From: Macrostomum hystrix
Lineage: Eukaryota; Animalia; Platyhelminthes
Length of the DNA: 64,000 nucleotides
Assembly: GCA_950097015.1 (NCBI GenBank)
Contig: CATNEN010000033.1
Location: 2,542,001-2,606,000, forward strand
Direction of reading: 5' to 3'
Numbering within the stretch: the first letter of the stretch is position 1; each line of letters starts with the position of its first letter. A model generated the notes under the pieces. It made no database searches. It was given only the letters and a program-made list of their open reading frames with translations, and was not told the DNA's origin. A program made the position numbers and the translations under genes. Positions 1 to 13,600 of this stretch are shown in pieces.

Positions 1-1914
1 TAGGCTACTAAAGAGAAACATTTACTTTTTTTCTACATTTTAGCTAAAGAAAAAGGGTTAACTAAAAGAGTCCTTTAGAAGTAGACAATAGTATGTGAGT
101 CTAGCTAGAAGCTAGCTAGTGTCAAATGTTAATGTGAAATCTGTGATTGAATACAAAAATTAGATATTAGGGCCTAGCCCTATATACATGCAAATTAAAA
201 GTTAATATAGTTCTATGTTGAAATGTGAAGTGTGAAAAAATAACATTGGTATGGCTAGAAAGTTAAAACTTTTTTTGCCAGATTTGTTCTAAATTGAATT
301 TTTTTCAATAGGCCTACCACTTTATATTTTAGTTAATATTTCTTTAGGGATAAAAAATGAAAACTCTAAGTACAATAGTTAGGCCTATAACTTATAAGCA
401 TTTTTGAATTCCTAGATTTTCAAAATGTCCTCGTTATAACCATATTATTCAGAATGTCCATTTAAGTCTTTATAGGGAATAAATAGGCCTAGTATATTCA
501 ATAATTACAGAAATTAAACTTAAATTTAAAGGAAATTTTGCCAAAAAATCCTTTCAAACTTGCATATTATTTCATCAGTTCATAGCCTTGGAAAACTGCT
601 AGGATAGACAAACAATAGGCCCTAGTATAACTACTAGGCCTAGGGTAATTGAAAAAATAGTTTCCATTAATAGGCCAAGCCAGCTAGTCTCTGGTTCGAC
701 ATGCTTAAAACATAATAAGCTAGGCCTATTTAGATAAGTTGGTATGTTAGGTCCTACTGTTGTACTCCTTCGTAGGAAATAACACTGAGCTGATTACTAA
801 TATATTCTAAGATGGGATTTACTGCAGCTTTTGTTAAATAGTATTAGTTATTGATGTTCAATGTGGTTAATACCTCGTGTTTATCTGTAGGCCCAATCAT
901 TTTTTAATAAGCAGACCTATACGACAGGACGAAGAATCGCATCGAGAACACGGCAGTCTCAATATTCTGTAGTATTTTACCATTTCATTCAACCCAATTT
1001 TTTTTCAGAAAAATACTTCGAGGAAATGAGTAAGAAATCGAAGGCGGTAAAGCCCAATTCGTTCAAACTATTAACAAATTTTTAACTTCATCAACGTATT
1101 AATTTTGTGGATTTTAAACAGTGAATAAGCTGACGCAAATTTTTCATATTTATGTTATTATAAAATTTGCTGCAAAAAATCTAGTCAAAAATCAAAATCC
1201 GGCATACAACTTTCTGATGAACCATGGCAGAAGTCCCATACATTACACCAATTGCATAACTCATGCTATTGTATATGTACATGTACCTGTACATTGCAAT
1301 AGTCGGCTAATAGGTATATTTAACAGCTCTGTAGGCTCGTTAAACAGAAGTCTGGACACCTTGTTTCGAATGCGAGTTTCTGAAAAGGGAAGTCTGCATG
1401 CATGCACTGGATAACTTTTCGATCGTCGATTCGTAATCTATAAATTATGCTCATATTTCATTTACAAATTAGTATGTATCACAGTCTTTTAAGAGCCGAA
1501 AATTTAACGGTTTGCAAATCATTTTATATCATCGAAGATTTTCTTTAGAATATTATATTGCATATACTCGTACATTAGACCAAAAACGCAAATAGCTGCT
1601 TTGGGGATAATTACATTAAAAACATCATTTAAATAACGTTATACGTGATAATTCAAGGCATGCATAGAAAACGTGTACTTTTGGCTTTTGCATGCAACAG
1701 TCTGATATGCATGTACAGTTTACGCAATATCATAAAATTATTGTTTATACACATTACTGTACAAAATCTCAGCGCCTTATTTTTTCTGTATAATTAACAA
1801 TAAGCTACCAGGAAGATGAGCAACCAAATCATTTAATCAATAAATAGCTGCAAAAACAAAAAAAATTTGTACATCTACATGCATGCAGAGAATCGAAATT
1901 CACATGAATATTCT

Positions 1915-2598
1915 TCATCCTTTTCGGAGCCCGAGCAAAGCGGCAGTCTTAGGCCTGCTAGCGGTGCCCAAGCCAGCTGCCGCACTTGTCGAAGCTACCG
2001 CTGATGATGCAGCAACAGCCGAGGACGGCGTATCACCGACTGCCGCCGGCCCTGCCAGCAGCTGATCCTCCGAATCCGGGGCCGACGCCGCGGCCACCCG
2101 AGCTGCCACTGCGGCGGTAACCGGTCTGGGCAGCACGCGGGCTGGCACGGAGGTCACGCCAACCCAGTCGGTCCGCTTGGCCTCAAGGATTCGCAGCCTA
2201 TCAAGCCGCCGCATCGTTAAGTCGACGTCCTCTTCTTCATCGTCGACGTCGTCCTCCTCGCCATCCGGTGGATCGCCGGTGCGAATTCGCCGACGGCGCG
2301 GCAGGTCGGGCATGCAGCTGGCTTGGCGGATGCGCCGCTTTTCGAACCAGTCATTCACAGAGGGCGTCAGCTTGGCGTCCATCATGTGCGCCAGGTCCAC
2401 CAGCAGGTTCCGCTCGTTCTTCTCGTTGTCGCGCGCCCAGGCGGAACGGTCGCGATCGAACTTGGCGCACTCGCTGCCCAGCTGCAGTTGCATTTTCATG
2501 TTCTTGTCGCGCACGCGGATCTCGGCGAAAGGTCGAGCGGTTTTGCGCCGGCCCCGGCTGCCGTTTTGCTGCTGCTGCTGCTGCTGCTGCATCTGCAT
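1915..2598 (-). CDS. Uncharacterized ~227-aa protein (polyQ N-terminus, charged helical region, acidic patch, Ala-rich tail)
   Basis: GC-rich island in AT-rich DNA. The provided ORF starts at TTG 2643; the first in-frame ATG is at 2598 (MQMQQQQ...). A 3' splice acceptor (ccctcag) lies just upstream at ~2654. No family recognised. Confidence 0.55.
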   Translation of the reverse strand: MQMQQQQQQQQNGSRGRRKTARPFAEIRVRDKNMKMQLQLGSECAKFDRDRSAWARDNEKNERNLLVDLAHMMDAKLTPSVNDWFEKRRIRQASCMPDLPRRRRIRTGDPPDGEEDDVDDEEEDVDLTMRRLDRLRILEAKRTDWVGVTSVPARVLPRPVTAAVAARVAAASAPDSEDQLLAGPAAVGDTPSSAVAASSAVASTSAAAGLGTASRPKTAALLGLRKG

Positions 2599-4426
2599 GG
2601 CAAGTCTTTGCAGAGCTGCACCGTGCACTGACCGTCCAGGCAAGATGTCTCAACTGAGGGTTTGGAACATATAAAGGTGCTTATTAAATTCTTCCTCTCT
2701 TTCTCCGTGAGACACAGCTGAGAAGCGGGCTGCCCCGCCACCCCGACCAGTCAATTAAAGCCTTTCACCTGTCAGCGCTCAGTAAGAAATAGTTGTTTGC
2801 AGTCTCACCGCTGCTCTTTCTGCCATTCTTGCGCTTCGGGCTCTCACAAAAGCGCAGTCTATAGAACTGCGGTTTCAGTGCTTTTCCCTGGCAACTCTCT
2901 GTCTGTGGCAAAGGTTGCCTCTGGTCTCTCCTTCTCTGTTGGCTGTCACAGGCCGGCCTGCGCACCCGCTGCTTTCCCTCTCTTGAGCCGCGACGTGAAT
3001 GCTCATATTATAGAACTGAATACAAAAGCCGAGGTCCCAAGTGTGGCCCCAAGAGAAGGGACAATGCCAGTAAGCAAATAGTTATGCTTCATTCAGCATA
3101 CAGACACCCTACATTGTTAAAAGTACTCATTGACTAAAGGCTGCATTATACAAATATACTCAAGCATAGTATTGCAGGCCAGCAAGGCTCTCTGAGAGCT
3201 GGCTGGATCATATAGCATCTCATTTCCATCGCGCCATTCATTTTATCTCTTTGGAATTAGAGGAAAATTAATAAGCAAACGAGAAGCACACAGATTTCGA
3301 TGTGATGTCGAGTTTGCGAGACAATTTTTGCTACAAAGAAAACAGGAAGTTGCTTCTTCGAGAACTTTAAGTTTCTGAGAAGCTCCATTTCATAAAAAGG
3401 ATGCGAAAATGGTGTTCGCAATGATCTACTACTTTTGTGGTTGAAGGCTGTGAGTAGTCTTGATAAGATATTATGCGACCTGTCAAAGCCCAGTGGACTA
3501 AACAAGCATGATGCGGGTCAATCGTATCATCGTTTATCGCTTATCATAATGTCTATCGCAATCTATTTGCCTTAGCTGAAAATTCTATGAGCAAAATACG
3601 CATGAGGAAAATAATTGTCTATGGCCTGAACTACCAATTGTATGAAAGTGGCCATCCCAATGCATCCCAATGGCCATCCCAACTGTTATATTCTCTGATT
3701 TAAGACGAGGTGAAATTTAACGCCCCAGTTGAATTAGAACTTCGCCTAATCTGACCGCAAGGGCCGAGATAATTTCACTTAATACCCATGGCTTCTAGAA
3801 ATTGAGCTGCGTGTATAACGGCCCCTGGACTGAAGTGCTGAATGGAGGCCTTTGGAAGGGCCACTGGCTGTAACGTCTTGCCCAACTGCGCTCTGGGTTT
3901 GTCGTTTTTTCTGTGATCTTGAGGCGAGCTGAATTTTAACACACGCGCTCGTGTGATACTACTTACGAGTACAAGGACACGCTCGCATCTCGCCCAAGAC
4001 AGTTCGTGTGAGTTCTACAATTCCAAGATGAATTTACCCAATGTGCACGAAAAGGCGCGCATAGTAACAAACTTAAAATTGTGGATAATGCTACTCGACA
4101 GATCTGTTTACAAATGATGTTTTCTTAATTTTCTTAAGCAAGATCACTGCTCGTATGAATCCAAACGTCTCAAATGCTTTCTTGAGAGCGACTGATTAGT
4201 AAAACCACGGACCGCAATAAGTCAGTCGCCTCATCGGCCGGTCCCGATGTATTTGCGACAAATACAAATCACAAAGCAAACTGGAGTATCGACTGGACAA
4301 GCTAGCTAATTAAATTAAAGGGCGCTTTAAAGTGCGAGGCAAGCTAGTCAGTGCATAGTTAGCAGAAGCTGGAGAGGCACTGTCCTCTCATCCGATGCGT
4401 CTTCGCAGATGCGGCCCTCTCCCGTC

Positions 4427-4853
4427 TCAGGCCTCCTGCTGCGGCCACCAGCGCTTGTGCCCGCCGGCCTCGTGGCTCCTGGCCGGCTCGGAGGCCTGCT
4501 CCCAGCCCGCCTGCCCCGAGTTGTGATGCCGCTTCACCTGAATGTTGCCGGCGTCGTAGTACTTCACGGGCCACCAGCGCTTGGCATCCTCGCTAGCGTA
4601 AAGCCGAGAGATGGTGGGTTATGTGCAATAAAATGCAACAGAGCGTATAGCATTCCAAAAAAGATTGCTCACTCATGAGACCGTTGACCGCCCGAGGATG
4701 GGCGCGCCGAGACCATCAGGATGCAGCTGCCAAGCAGGGCTGTAGTGAAACGGTTGTGCAGCCATTGTTACCAAAGTCGCTGAGATTTATTAAAAATAGG
4801 CAACGTTATCGCTTACCCACAACAACAAGAAGCAGAGCTGGCACGGGGCGCAT
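4427..4853 (-). CDS. Candidate neuropeptide precursor (signal peptide + KR-flanked WWP peptides)
   Basis: Exon 4853-4817 (MRPVPALLLVVV), 37-nt GTAAG..CAG intron, exon from 4779 (ATLVTMAAQPF...), intron GTGAGC 4672..CTAG 4593, exon 4592-4427 reading EDAKR-WWPVKYYDAGNIQV-KR-HHNSG...GH-KR-WWPQQEA*. The exon 2/3 junction is out of frame or hits TGA as assembled. Confidence 0.6.
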
Positions 4854-5483
4854 TCTGGTGCGATGACAAGTTGTTAGTGCAAACGCAGCGGCGAATTTCT
4901 ACTTGAATGCGGCGCCTTCTGTGTGCGAACAAATTGTTAAGTCTGACATCCGAGTGCCGCTTATTTGTAACGCTCTGTAAACTCAACAACCGGCTGATTG
5001 GCCATGGCCCGATCACTTCGCAGCCAATGGAATACGAGACGCCATTCTACGAGCGTATCCATCTCTGGCTCGAACACTTCGTGCAATTACTACCATCATA
5101 AATTAATTGAATGCCGTGTCAGAAATGTCATAAAGCTGCACCATTAGGACACTTAGCTCTTCTAGGTGCAGTTAGCTAGCTGCACAGATCGGCTGTAAAT
5201 CAGAGGGGAATTACTGCATTTTCCGGAGGCGAAATGCCCTTCACGATTGTGAGTTTCTCAGAGGCGATGGGATCCTAGATCTGCCATGAGACATCTCAGA
5301 GTCTCCATGTTGAAATCGTTAATGTGTACCTTTTATTAATTGATTAAGAAACGATTCCAAAAAGCGCCTAGCTTTCTGTTTCCAAAATGACATTATACAA
5401 CTCGACTTGAAAGTCTGCTGCAATTCAGTTTCAATTCACGTTGTGAACTATAGAAGTGGCTAATTTCCATACAAAAATTCGTA

Positions 5484-6925
5484 CTGGTTGTGATTGTGGT
5501 TCAGTTCTGGTTGTGATTCTGGTTCAGTTCTGGTTGTGATTGTGGTTCAGTTCTGGTTGTGATTCTGGTTCAGTTCTGGTTGTGATTGTGGTTCAGTTCT
5601 GGTTGTGATTGTGGTTCAGTTCTGGTTGTGATTGTGGTTCAGTTCTGGTTGTGATAGTGGTTCAGTTCTGGTTGTGATTCTGGTTCAGTTCTGGTTGTGA
5701 TTCTGGTTCAGTTCTGGTATGATTGTGGTTCAGTTCTGGTATGATTGTGGTTCAGTTCTGTTTGTGATTGTGGTTCAGTTCTGGTTGTGATTGTGGTTCA
5801 GTTCTGGTTGTGATTGTGGTTCAGTTTTAGTTGTGATTGTGGTTCAGTTCTGGTTGTGATTCTGGTTCAGTTCTGGTTGTGATTCTGGTTCAGTTCTGGT
5901 TGTGATTCTGGTTCAGTTCTGGTTGTGATTCTGGTTCAGTTCTGGTTGTGATTCTGGTTCAGTTCTGGTTGTGATTCTGGTTCAGTTCTGGTTGTGATTG
6001 TGGTTCAGTTCTGGTTGTGATTGTTGTTCAGTTCTGGTTGTGATTCTGGTTCAGTTCTGGTTGTGATTGTGGTTCAGTTCTGGTTGTGATTCTGGTTCAG
6101 TTCTGGTTGTGATTGTGGTTCAGTTCTGGTTGTGATAGTGGTTCAGTTCTGGTTGTGATTCTGGTTCAGTTCTGGTTGTGATTCTGGTTCAGTTCTGGTA
6201 TGATTGTGGTTCAGTTCTGGTATGATTGTGGTTCAGTTCTGGTTGTGATTGTGGTTCAGTTCTGGTTGTGATTGTGGTTCAGTTCTGGTTGTGATTGTGG
6301 TTCAGTTTTAGTTGTGATTGTGGTTCAGTTCTGGTTGTGATTCTGGTTCAGTTCTGGTTGTGATTCTGGTTCAGTTCTGGTTGTGATTGTGGTTCAGTTC
6401 TGGTTGTGATTGTGGTTCAGTTCTGGTTGTGATTGTGGTTCAGTTCTGGTTGTGATTGTGGTTCAGTTCTGGTTGTGATTCTGGTTCAGTTCTGGTTGTG
6501 ATTGTGGTTCAGTTCTGGTATGATTGTGGTTCAGTTCTGGTTGTGATTCTGGTTCAGTTCTGGTTGTGATTCTGGTTCAGTTCTGGTTGTGATTCTGGTT
6601 CAGTTCTGGTTGTGATTGTGGTTCAGTTCTGGTATGATTGTGGTTCAGTTCTGGTTGTGATTGTGGTTCAGTTCTGGTTGGGATTCTGGTTCAGTTCTGG
6701 TTGTTATTCTGGTTCAGTTCTGGTATGATTCTGGTTCAGTTTTAGTTGTTATTCTGGTTCAGTTCTGGTTCTGATTCTGGTTCAGTTTTAGTTGTTATTC
6801 TGGTTCAGTTCTGGTTCTGATTCTGGTTCAGTTTTGGTGTGATTGTGGTTCAGTTCTGGTTCAGATCTGGTTGTGATTCTGGTTCAGTTCTGGTTGTGAT
6901 TCTAGTTCAAATCTGGTTGGGATTG
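5484..6925. repeat. Minisatellite, 23-bp unit gttgtgatt(c/g)tggttcagttctg, ~62 copies
   Basis: Directly visible tandem array. Confidence 0.97.
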
Positions 6926-7647
6926 TGACATGACAGACAGTGCAAATGTAAACCGCAAAATTGTCTGGCTTAACAAACGCCATTTCATGTAATTTGATAA
7001 TAGGCGTCACAATTGCCACCTCGATCAGCGTGAGCAGCTAAATGGACCGAATGGACGCTATCGAATATGTCCCTGGTGACGAAAGGCTAATGGTCAAATC
7101 GCGCATGGGATAATCGGAGCTTAATACGATACGCATCGCTGTCGAGGTCGGATAGGACAAAATGGTTGTTTACCACTGGCTAGAAATGATTGAATTTGCT
7201 TTTTATTCCCAGACTGTCATTTACGCTCGCAGTCTGATTAGGAAAATATGTTTCGCATTGTGAAGCAGTTGATTGCGGCTAGCATATTTGAAGCCTGTAC
7301 AATGGGTACCAGCATCAGCGAGCTCCCAGTCCATGGACTGAATAATTAGCGATACGCAGTCTTTGGATGGCTAATGTCTGCGTCTGGTCAAACTGGTTTA
7401 GATGTCATTTTTATCTATCTCTGTCAACCAAGGTAAGAAGGCAATCAGTCAGTTTTTAATTAGTTACACAAGTGCAGACGAGTCATGATTTTATTACAAG
7501 CTATTATATGAGAAATGCTAAATATTAGTAAGAAAAATTGTGCGTATAAAGACAAAAAAGACAAAGCTACAAAATAAAACGTAACGAAGTATAGTACACA
7601 GCTAGATAGAAAAGGAATGCCTGTCGATGGGTTGGGCCCAGAGAAGC

Positions 7648-10600
7648 TCATCTGGGCATGTACAGTCTTTCTGATTTTCGATCAGCCGGCCTAGAGCAGC
7701 AGCTGTCAGTCACCCAGGCTTCCGTCACAATGTGAAAGCGGCTCCTCTGGTCACGGCTGGCAGCGGCGCGCAGCTCACTCAGCCGGCTTGGGCCATCGTC
7801 GGTCAGCTGCACCACGGCGTGCGTCACTGACGGAGTCAGCGAGGAGGCGACTCGGCCGCCGGCGCGCCGAACATCGGCGACCAGCTCGCGCCAGCGACCG
7901 TCCGGATCGCGGCGGGTGGTCTGATCGCCTGAAATAATCGATCGCAATAAATGGAAAGAGATACATTGGGGTGAAACTACTTGCGAGTAGCTAGGATACG
8001 AGGCTGAAGCTTGAGTTTATGACGTTGGATAAAAAATGACTTGAGAATAGTGAAACTTGAGACTTGAGAATAGTGAAACTTGAGAATTGGGAATAGTGAA
8101 ACTTGAGAATTGGGAATAGTGAAACTTGAGACTTGAGAATAGTGAAACTTGAGAATTGGGAATAGTGAAACTTGAGAATTGAGAATAGGGATTGATAGAT
8201 AGGACTGGAGCACGGTGAGAAGAAAAGGCTGACCAACAAGCAGGCAGCAGTCGAGGTAGATGGTGCATCCAGCCAGCGGCAGACCCGCGTCATCCGGTAA
8301 CAGCTCGACAGGCCATTCCACATCAGCCCCATCGTTGTCAAACATCGCATGCATCGTTGTTGCCTCGCAGTCCTCACTGGCTGCGCAGTCAATAAGTTCG
8401 CCAAGCTCTGCCGGAGTCACCGGCTCTGTATAGCTGTCGCCGAATTCGTCCCGATCATCTGCGACAGACGCAGTCGACGTTGAAGCTGCAACCATCGCCG
8501 CGGCTTTTGCCAATGTGGCCGGGCGGGCGAAGTGCACGAACTCCTGACTGAGGGGAAGCAGCCGGCCGGCTTCCAGGCTTCTCAGCAGCCAATCAGCGGT
8601 GGCCACGTCGTGCCGGCCGCTGGCGATGACATTCCTGACGCGCGCATTGACGAAGTGCGCCACGACACAGTGCGTGGCTCGGCCCGCATTCTGTACAATC
8701 TTGCCGCCCGCCGTCAGCACCCGGCGCTCCAGTTCGGCTTTGGGCGCCAAGTCAGGCCCGTTAAGCACCAGCAGCTCGCAGCCGGCCAGCCAGCCGCCGC
8801 CGCCGCCTCCCACGGACACGCCGATGAACTGGGAGCCAACCTGCGGTCGGGCGGCGCCCGCCTTGACCGCCGGAGCCCGACGCTGCCGCTTGCGTCCGGG
8901 CGGCGAAGTCGACGTTGACGCTCCTTCGCCATCGCCGTCCTCATTGTCTGGATCAACTGGCAGCACAGAGCGGGCCAGCTTGCCCTGACTGCGCAGCCGC
9001 AAGACGGTCAGTTGAGCTACTGTGGTGGCCTGTCGGCAGCTTTTGTCATCTCTGAAGCCGACAACACGGGGAAAGCGCAGAGTAAAACCGGTGGCATACG
9101 CATCCGAGGCGACGATCTCGCTGGCTCGAATCTGTGACGGAGTAAAACAAGTGAAAATAAATCAGAGTTGTGCATAGTGAGAACATGCTTGAGCTGAAAA
9201 AGTGAGCACATGTTAGAGTTGAGCGTAGTGAGCACAGGTCAGAGTTAAGAGCACAGTGAGCAGTGAGCACAGGTCAGAGTTAAGAGCACAGTGAGCAGTG
9301 AGCACAGGTCAGAGTTAAGAGCACAGTGAGCAGTGAGCACAGGTCAGAGTTAAGAGCACAGTGAGCAGTGAGCACAGGTCAGAGTTAAGAGCACAGTGAG
9401 CACAGGTCAGAGTTAAGAGCATAGTGAGCACAGGTCAGAGTTAAGAGCACAGTGAGCACAGGTCAGAGTTAAGAGCATAGTGAGCACAGGTCAGAGTTAA
9501 GAGCACAGTGAGCACAGGTCAGAGTTAAAAGCATAGTGAGCACAGGTCAGAGTTAAGAGCACAGTGAGCACAGGTCAGAGTTAAGAGCACAGTGAGCACA
9601 GGTCAGAGTTAAGAGCACAGTGAGCACAAGGTCAGAGTTAAGAGCATAGTGAGCACAGGTCAGAGTTAGGAGCACAGTGAGCAGTGAGCACAGGTCAGAG
9701 TTAAGAGCACAGTGAGCAGTGAGCACAGGTCAGAGTTAAGAGCACAGTGAGCAAAGGCCAGAACAGACTCACCTGCACCACAAAGGAGTTCTTGGGATCA
9801 ATCCACACATCTGGCCGCTCCCGCTGACCGTCAGCCAGCCGAAAAACTTCCGGCGGACTGCGCCGATCGAACCTCTGCCAGTGGGGCGCCATTTTTAAAT
9901 TGTATTCAAACAGAGTCTGCTTTGAGTAGCCGCTGCCAACCTTGCAGAAGCTCAAATACTTCACATTGCCAGCGTCGCCTCCCTCTTCGTCTTCATCATC
10001 GTTAGCGGCTTCGTCTCCGTCGCGAAGGTCCGGCAGGGCGCACAGGAAGTGGCTGCACATGCCGGCGCGGTGGCCGCTGCCAAAATAGCCGCCGACAATG
10101 GCGCAGTCGAAGTCGTCCACCAGGCCGCCCACAAACTCCGGCTTCAGCTTGAACCAGCCGGCTTTGCGGCTGGCCACGCTGTACACCGAGTCAGCCAGCT
10201 TGGCCATCAGGCCTTCCTCGCGCGCCTCCACAGCCAAATTGAACTTCTCGACGGCTTCCGCCTGGGTGGTCGCCTGGCTCCATTCGGAGATGAGAAGGCG
10301 ACCAGGCACCGGCGTGAACACCTGAGGTGGGCATCGATACTGTTAGCAACCCCACAGAACACATCTGGATAATGTAGACAGTCTGACACTTCGCTACTAA
10401 CAGTAGTGTAGGAAGATTTAGAACAGTAATAAGTAAAGAATGTGTCCAGGCAAGAATTTGACAAGCAGTTTCCAAACAGACCAACCTGCGTATCCAGAAT
10501 TTTCTTTCGCTCAACCAGCGGCCGATCTGTGAGCACCCGGCCGTTGAGCAGGATGAGATCAAACACCACAAAGCAGGGCACGTAGCCGCGCACAGAGATT

Positions 10601-13600
10601 CGCTTGATGTCGAAATCCTGCGCCTTGGAGCCCATTGTGCCAGTGTCCGGATTGTAGCCCATCATCTCGCCATCCAGGATACAGTTGTCAACGCCGGGCA
10701 GGAAGGCTCCGGCCAGGTGAGGCGTCAGATTGCCCGGCCCGTCAGGGCTGGAGCCGTAGGTGGCAGTCCACTCGATACCGTTGCGGGACCAATAGCGGTA
10801 GCTGTCAACGGACTTGTGCAGCTGCATTCGCTCGCCATCGAATTTCACTTCCAGAATGAAAGGCCGGCCGGAGAACAGCTCGCCGAGCTGGAGGACGCTG
10901 GCGGCTTCGCCCAGCATCGGGCGGAACGGCGTGTTCAGCGCCACCCCGATCTCGTGCAGCCGAACGCTGGGCGAGTGCAGACTGGTGCACACCTGGGCGG
11001 GCGATTGTTTGCAAAATATTTGCAAATTAATAAAAGTACTTTACTTCGGAGCTAGATGAAAAGAAAGCGGCACAATTATCGAAGTCGAGACAAGGTTTGA
11101 CAATAAAAGGGCTGCAGTTTTCAGCGACAGGAGGAGGAGGAGGAGAGGTCTCGCTAGCATTGAGCATCATAAAAGCCCAATCATTGAAATCTGCTATGTA
11201 CGTTTTACTCATTCGGGTGCAGTGAGGCAATCCAATTCAATTGAGAGTATCGGCCCTGTTCTGTGCTACTAACGCACGCGCGGGTGAGAAAAAGCACCGA
11301 TGCAATCTAATAAAACTGACAGTGTCGGGCCCTATACTAAAGACGAAAAAATGACCCTTAAAAGTATAGCAGAAAATGACCGCTTTTTCGAATATTTAAA
11401 GCCTTTAGAATGAAACAAATGCTTAGAAAATTAACACGTTCCATCTCGCTGAGAAGGCGAATCTTTTAGAGAAAGAATCGCGAATATCGGACAATGCATG
11501 CACTAGAACAACGACAAGACCACTTTTTTTACATTGAGTGAATAGACAAAGTTTTCATTTTTTGTATAATTTTTATTTACTAGCAAACCAAGACCCCTTT
11601 GGGGGAAGCAAATCACGCAGCCCTGGGAAGAAGAATAATTTAAAATATGCAACTTCAATGCTATGATTATCTATTCTTGATATCTCCTTGATAAATCATA
11701 CTACCCCCTTGATAGTTCATGCTTCCCCTTGATAGTTCATGCTTCCCCTCGATAATTCATACTTCCCATTGATAGTTCATGCCTCCCCTTGATAGTCATG
11801 CTTCCCCTCGATAGTTCATGCTTCCCCTTGATAGTTCATGCTTCCCCTTGATAGTTCATGCTTCCCCTCGATAGTTCATGCTTCCCCTCGATAGTTCATG
11901 CTTCCCCTTGATAGTTCATGCTTCCCCTTGATAGTTCATGCTTCCCCTTGATAGTTCATGCTTCCCCTTGATAGTTCATGCTTCCCCTTGATAGTTCATG
12001 CTTCCCCTCGATAGTTCATGCTTCCCCTTGATAGTTCATGCTTCCCCTTGATAGTTCATGCTTCCCCTCGATAGTTCATGCTTCCCCTTGATAGTTCATG
12101 CTTCCCCTCGATAGTTCATGCTTACCCTCGATAGTTCATGCTTCCCCTCGATAGTTCATGCTTCCCCTTGATAGTTCATGCTTCCCCTCGATAGTTCATG
12201 CTTACCCTCGATAGTTCATGCTTCCCCTCGATAGTTCATGCTTCCCCTTGATAGTTCATGCTTCCCCTCGATAGTTCATGCTTCCCCTCGATAGTTCATG
12301 CTTCCCCTCGATAGTTCATGCTTCCCCTTGATAGTTCATGCTTCCCCTCGATAGTTCATGCTTCCCCTCGATAGTTCATGCTTCCCCTTGATAGTTCATG
12401 CTTCCCCTTGATAGTTCATGCTTCCCCTTGATAGTTCATGCTTACCCTTGATAGTTCATGCTTACCCTTGATAGTTCATGCTTCCCCTTGATAGTTCATG
12501 CTTACACTTGATAGTTCATGCTTCCCTTGATAGTTCATGCTTCCCCTTGATAGTTCATGCTTCCCCTTGATAGTTCATGCTTCCCCTTGATAGTTCATGC
12601 TTCCCCTTGATAGTTCATGCTTCCCCTCGATAGTTCATGCTTCCCCTCGATAGTTCATGCTTCCCCTCGATAGTTCATGCTTCCCCTTGATAGTTCATGC
12701 TTCCCCTTGATAGTTCATGCTTCCCCTTGATAGTTCATGCTTACCCTTGATAGTCATGCTTCCCCTCGATAGTTCATGCTTCCCCTTGATAGTTCATGCT
12801 TCCCCTCGATAGTTCATGCTTCCCCTTGATAGTTCATGCTTCCCCTCGATAGTTCATGCTTCCCCTCGATAGTTCATGCTTCCCCTTGATAGTTCATGCT
12901 TCCCCTTGATAGTTCATGCTTCCCCTCGATAGTTCATGCTTCCCCTTGATAATTCATGCTTCCCTTGATAGTTCATGCTTCCCCTTGATAATTCATGCTT
13001 ACCTTGATAGTTCATGCTTCCCCTTGATAGTTCATGCTTCCCCTCGATAGTTCATGCTTCCCCTCGATAGTTCATGCTTCCCCTCGATAGTTCATGCTTC
13101 CCCTCGATAGTTCATGCTTCCCCTTGATAGTTCATGCTTCCCCTTGATAGTTCATGCTTCCCCTTGATAGTTCATGCTTACCCTTGATAGTCATGCTTCC
13201 CCTCGATAGTTCATGCTTCCCCTTGATAGTTCATGCTTCCCCTCGATAGTTCATGCTTCCCCTTGATAGTTCATGCTTCCCCTCGATAGTTCATGCTTCC
13301 CCTCGATAGTTCATGCTTCCCCTTGATAGTCATGCTTCCCCTCGATAGTTCATGCTTCCCCTTGATAGTTCATGCTTCCCCTCGATAGTTCATGCTTCCC
13401 CTTGATAATTCATGCTTCCCTTGATAGTTCATGCTTCCCCTTGATAATTCATGCTTACCTTGATAGTTCATGCTTCCCTTGATAGTTCATGCTTCCCCTC
13501 GATAGTTCATGCTTCCCCTTGATAATTCATTCTTTTCCCTCGTCATTTCATGCTTCCCCTCGACAATTCATGGTTTCTCCTCAATAATTCATGCTACCCT

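Noticed and set aside
4673-4675. TGA at the end of exon 2 of the WWP precursor as selenocysteine
   Set aside because: No SECIS-like structure in the downstream UTR and no redox motif context.
11705-13560. Regularly spaced repeats as a possible CRISPR array (also 5484-6925 and 54993-57445)
   Set aside because: Units are contiguous with no unique spacers, there are no cas genes, and the context is eukaryotic.
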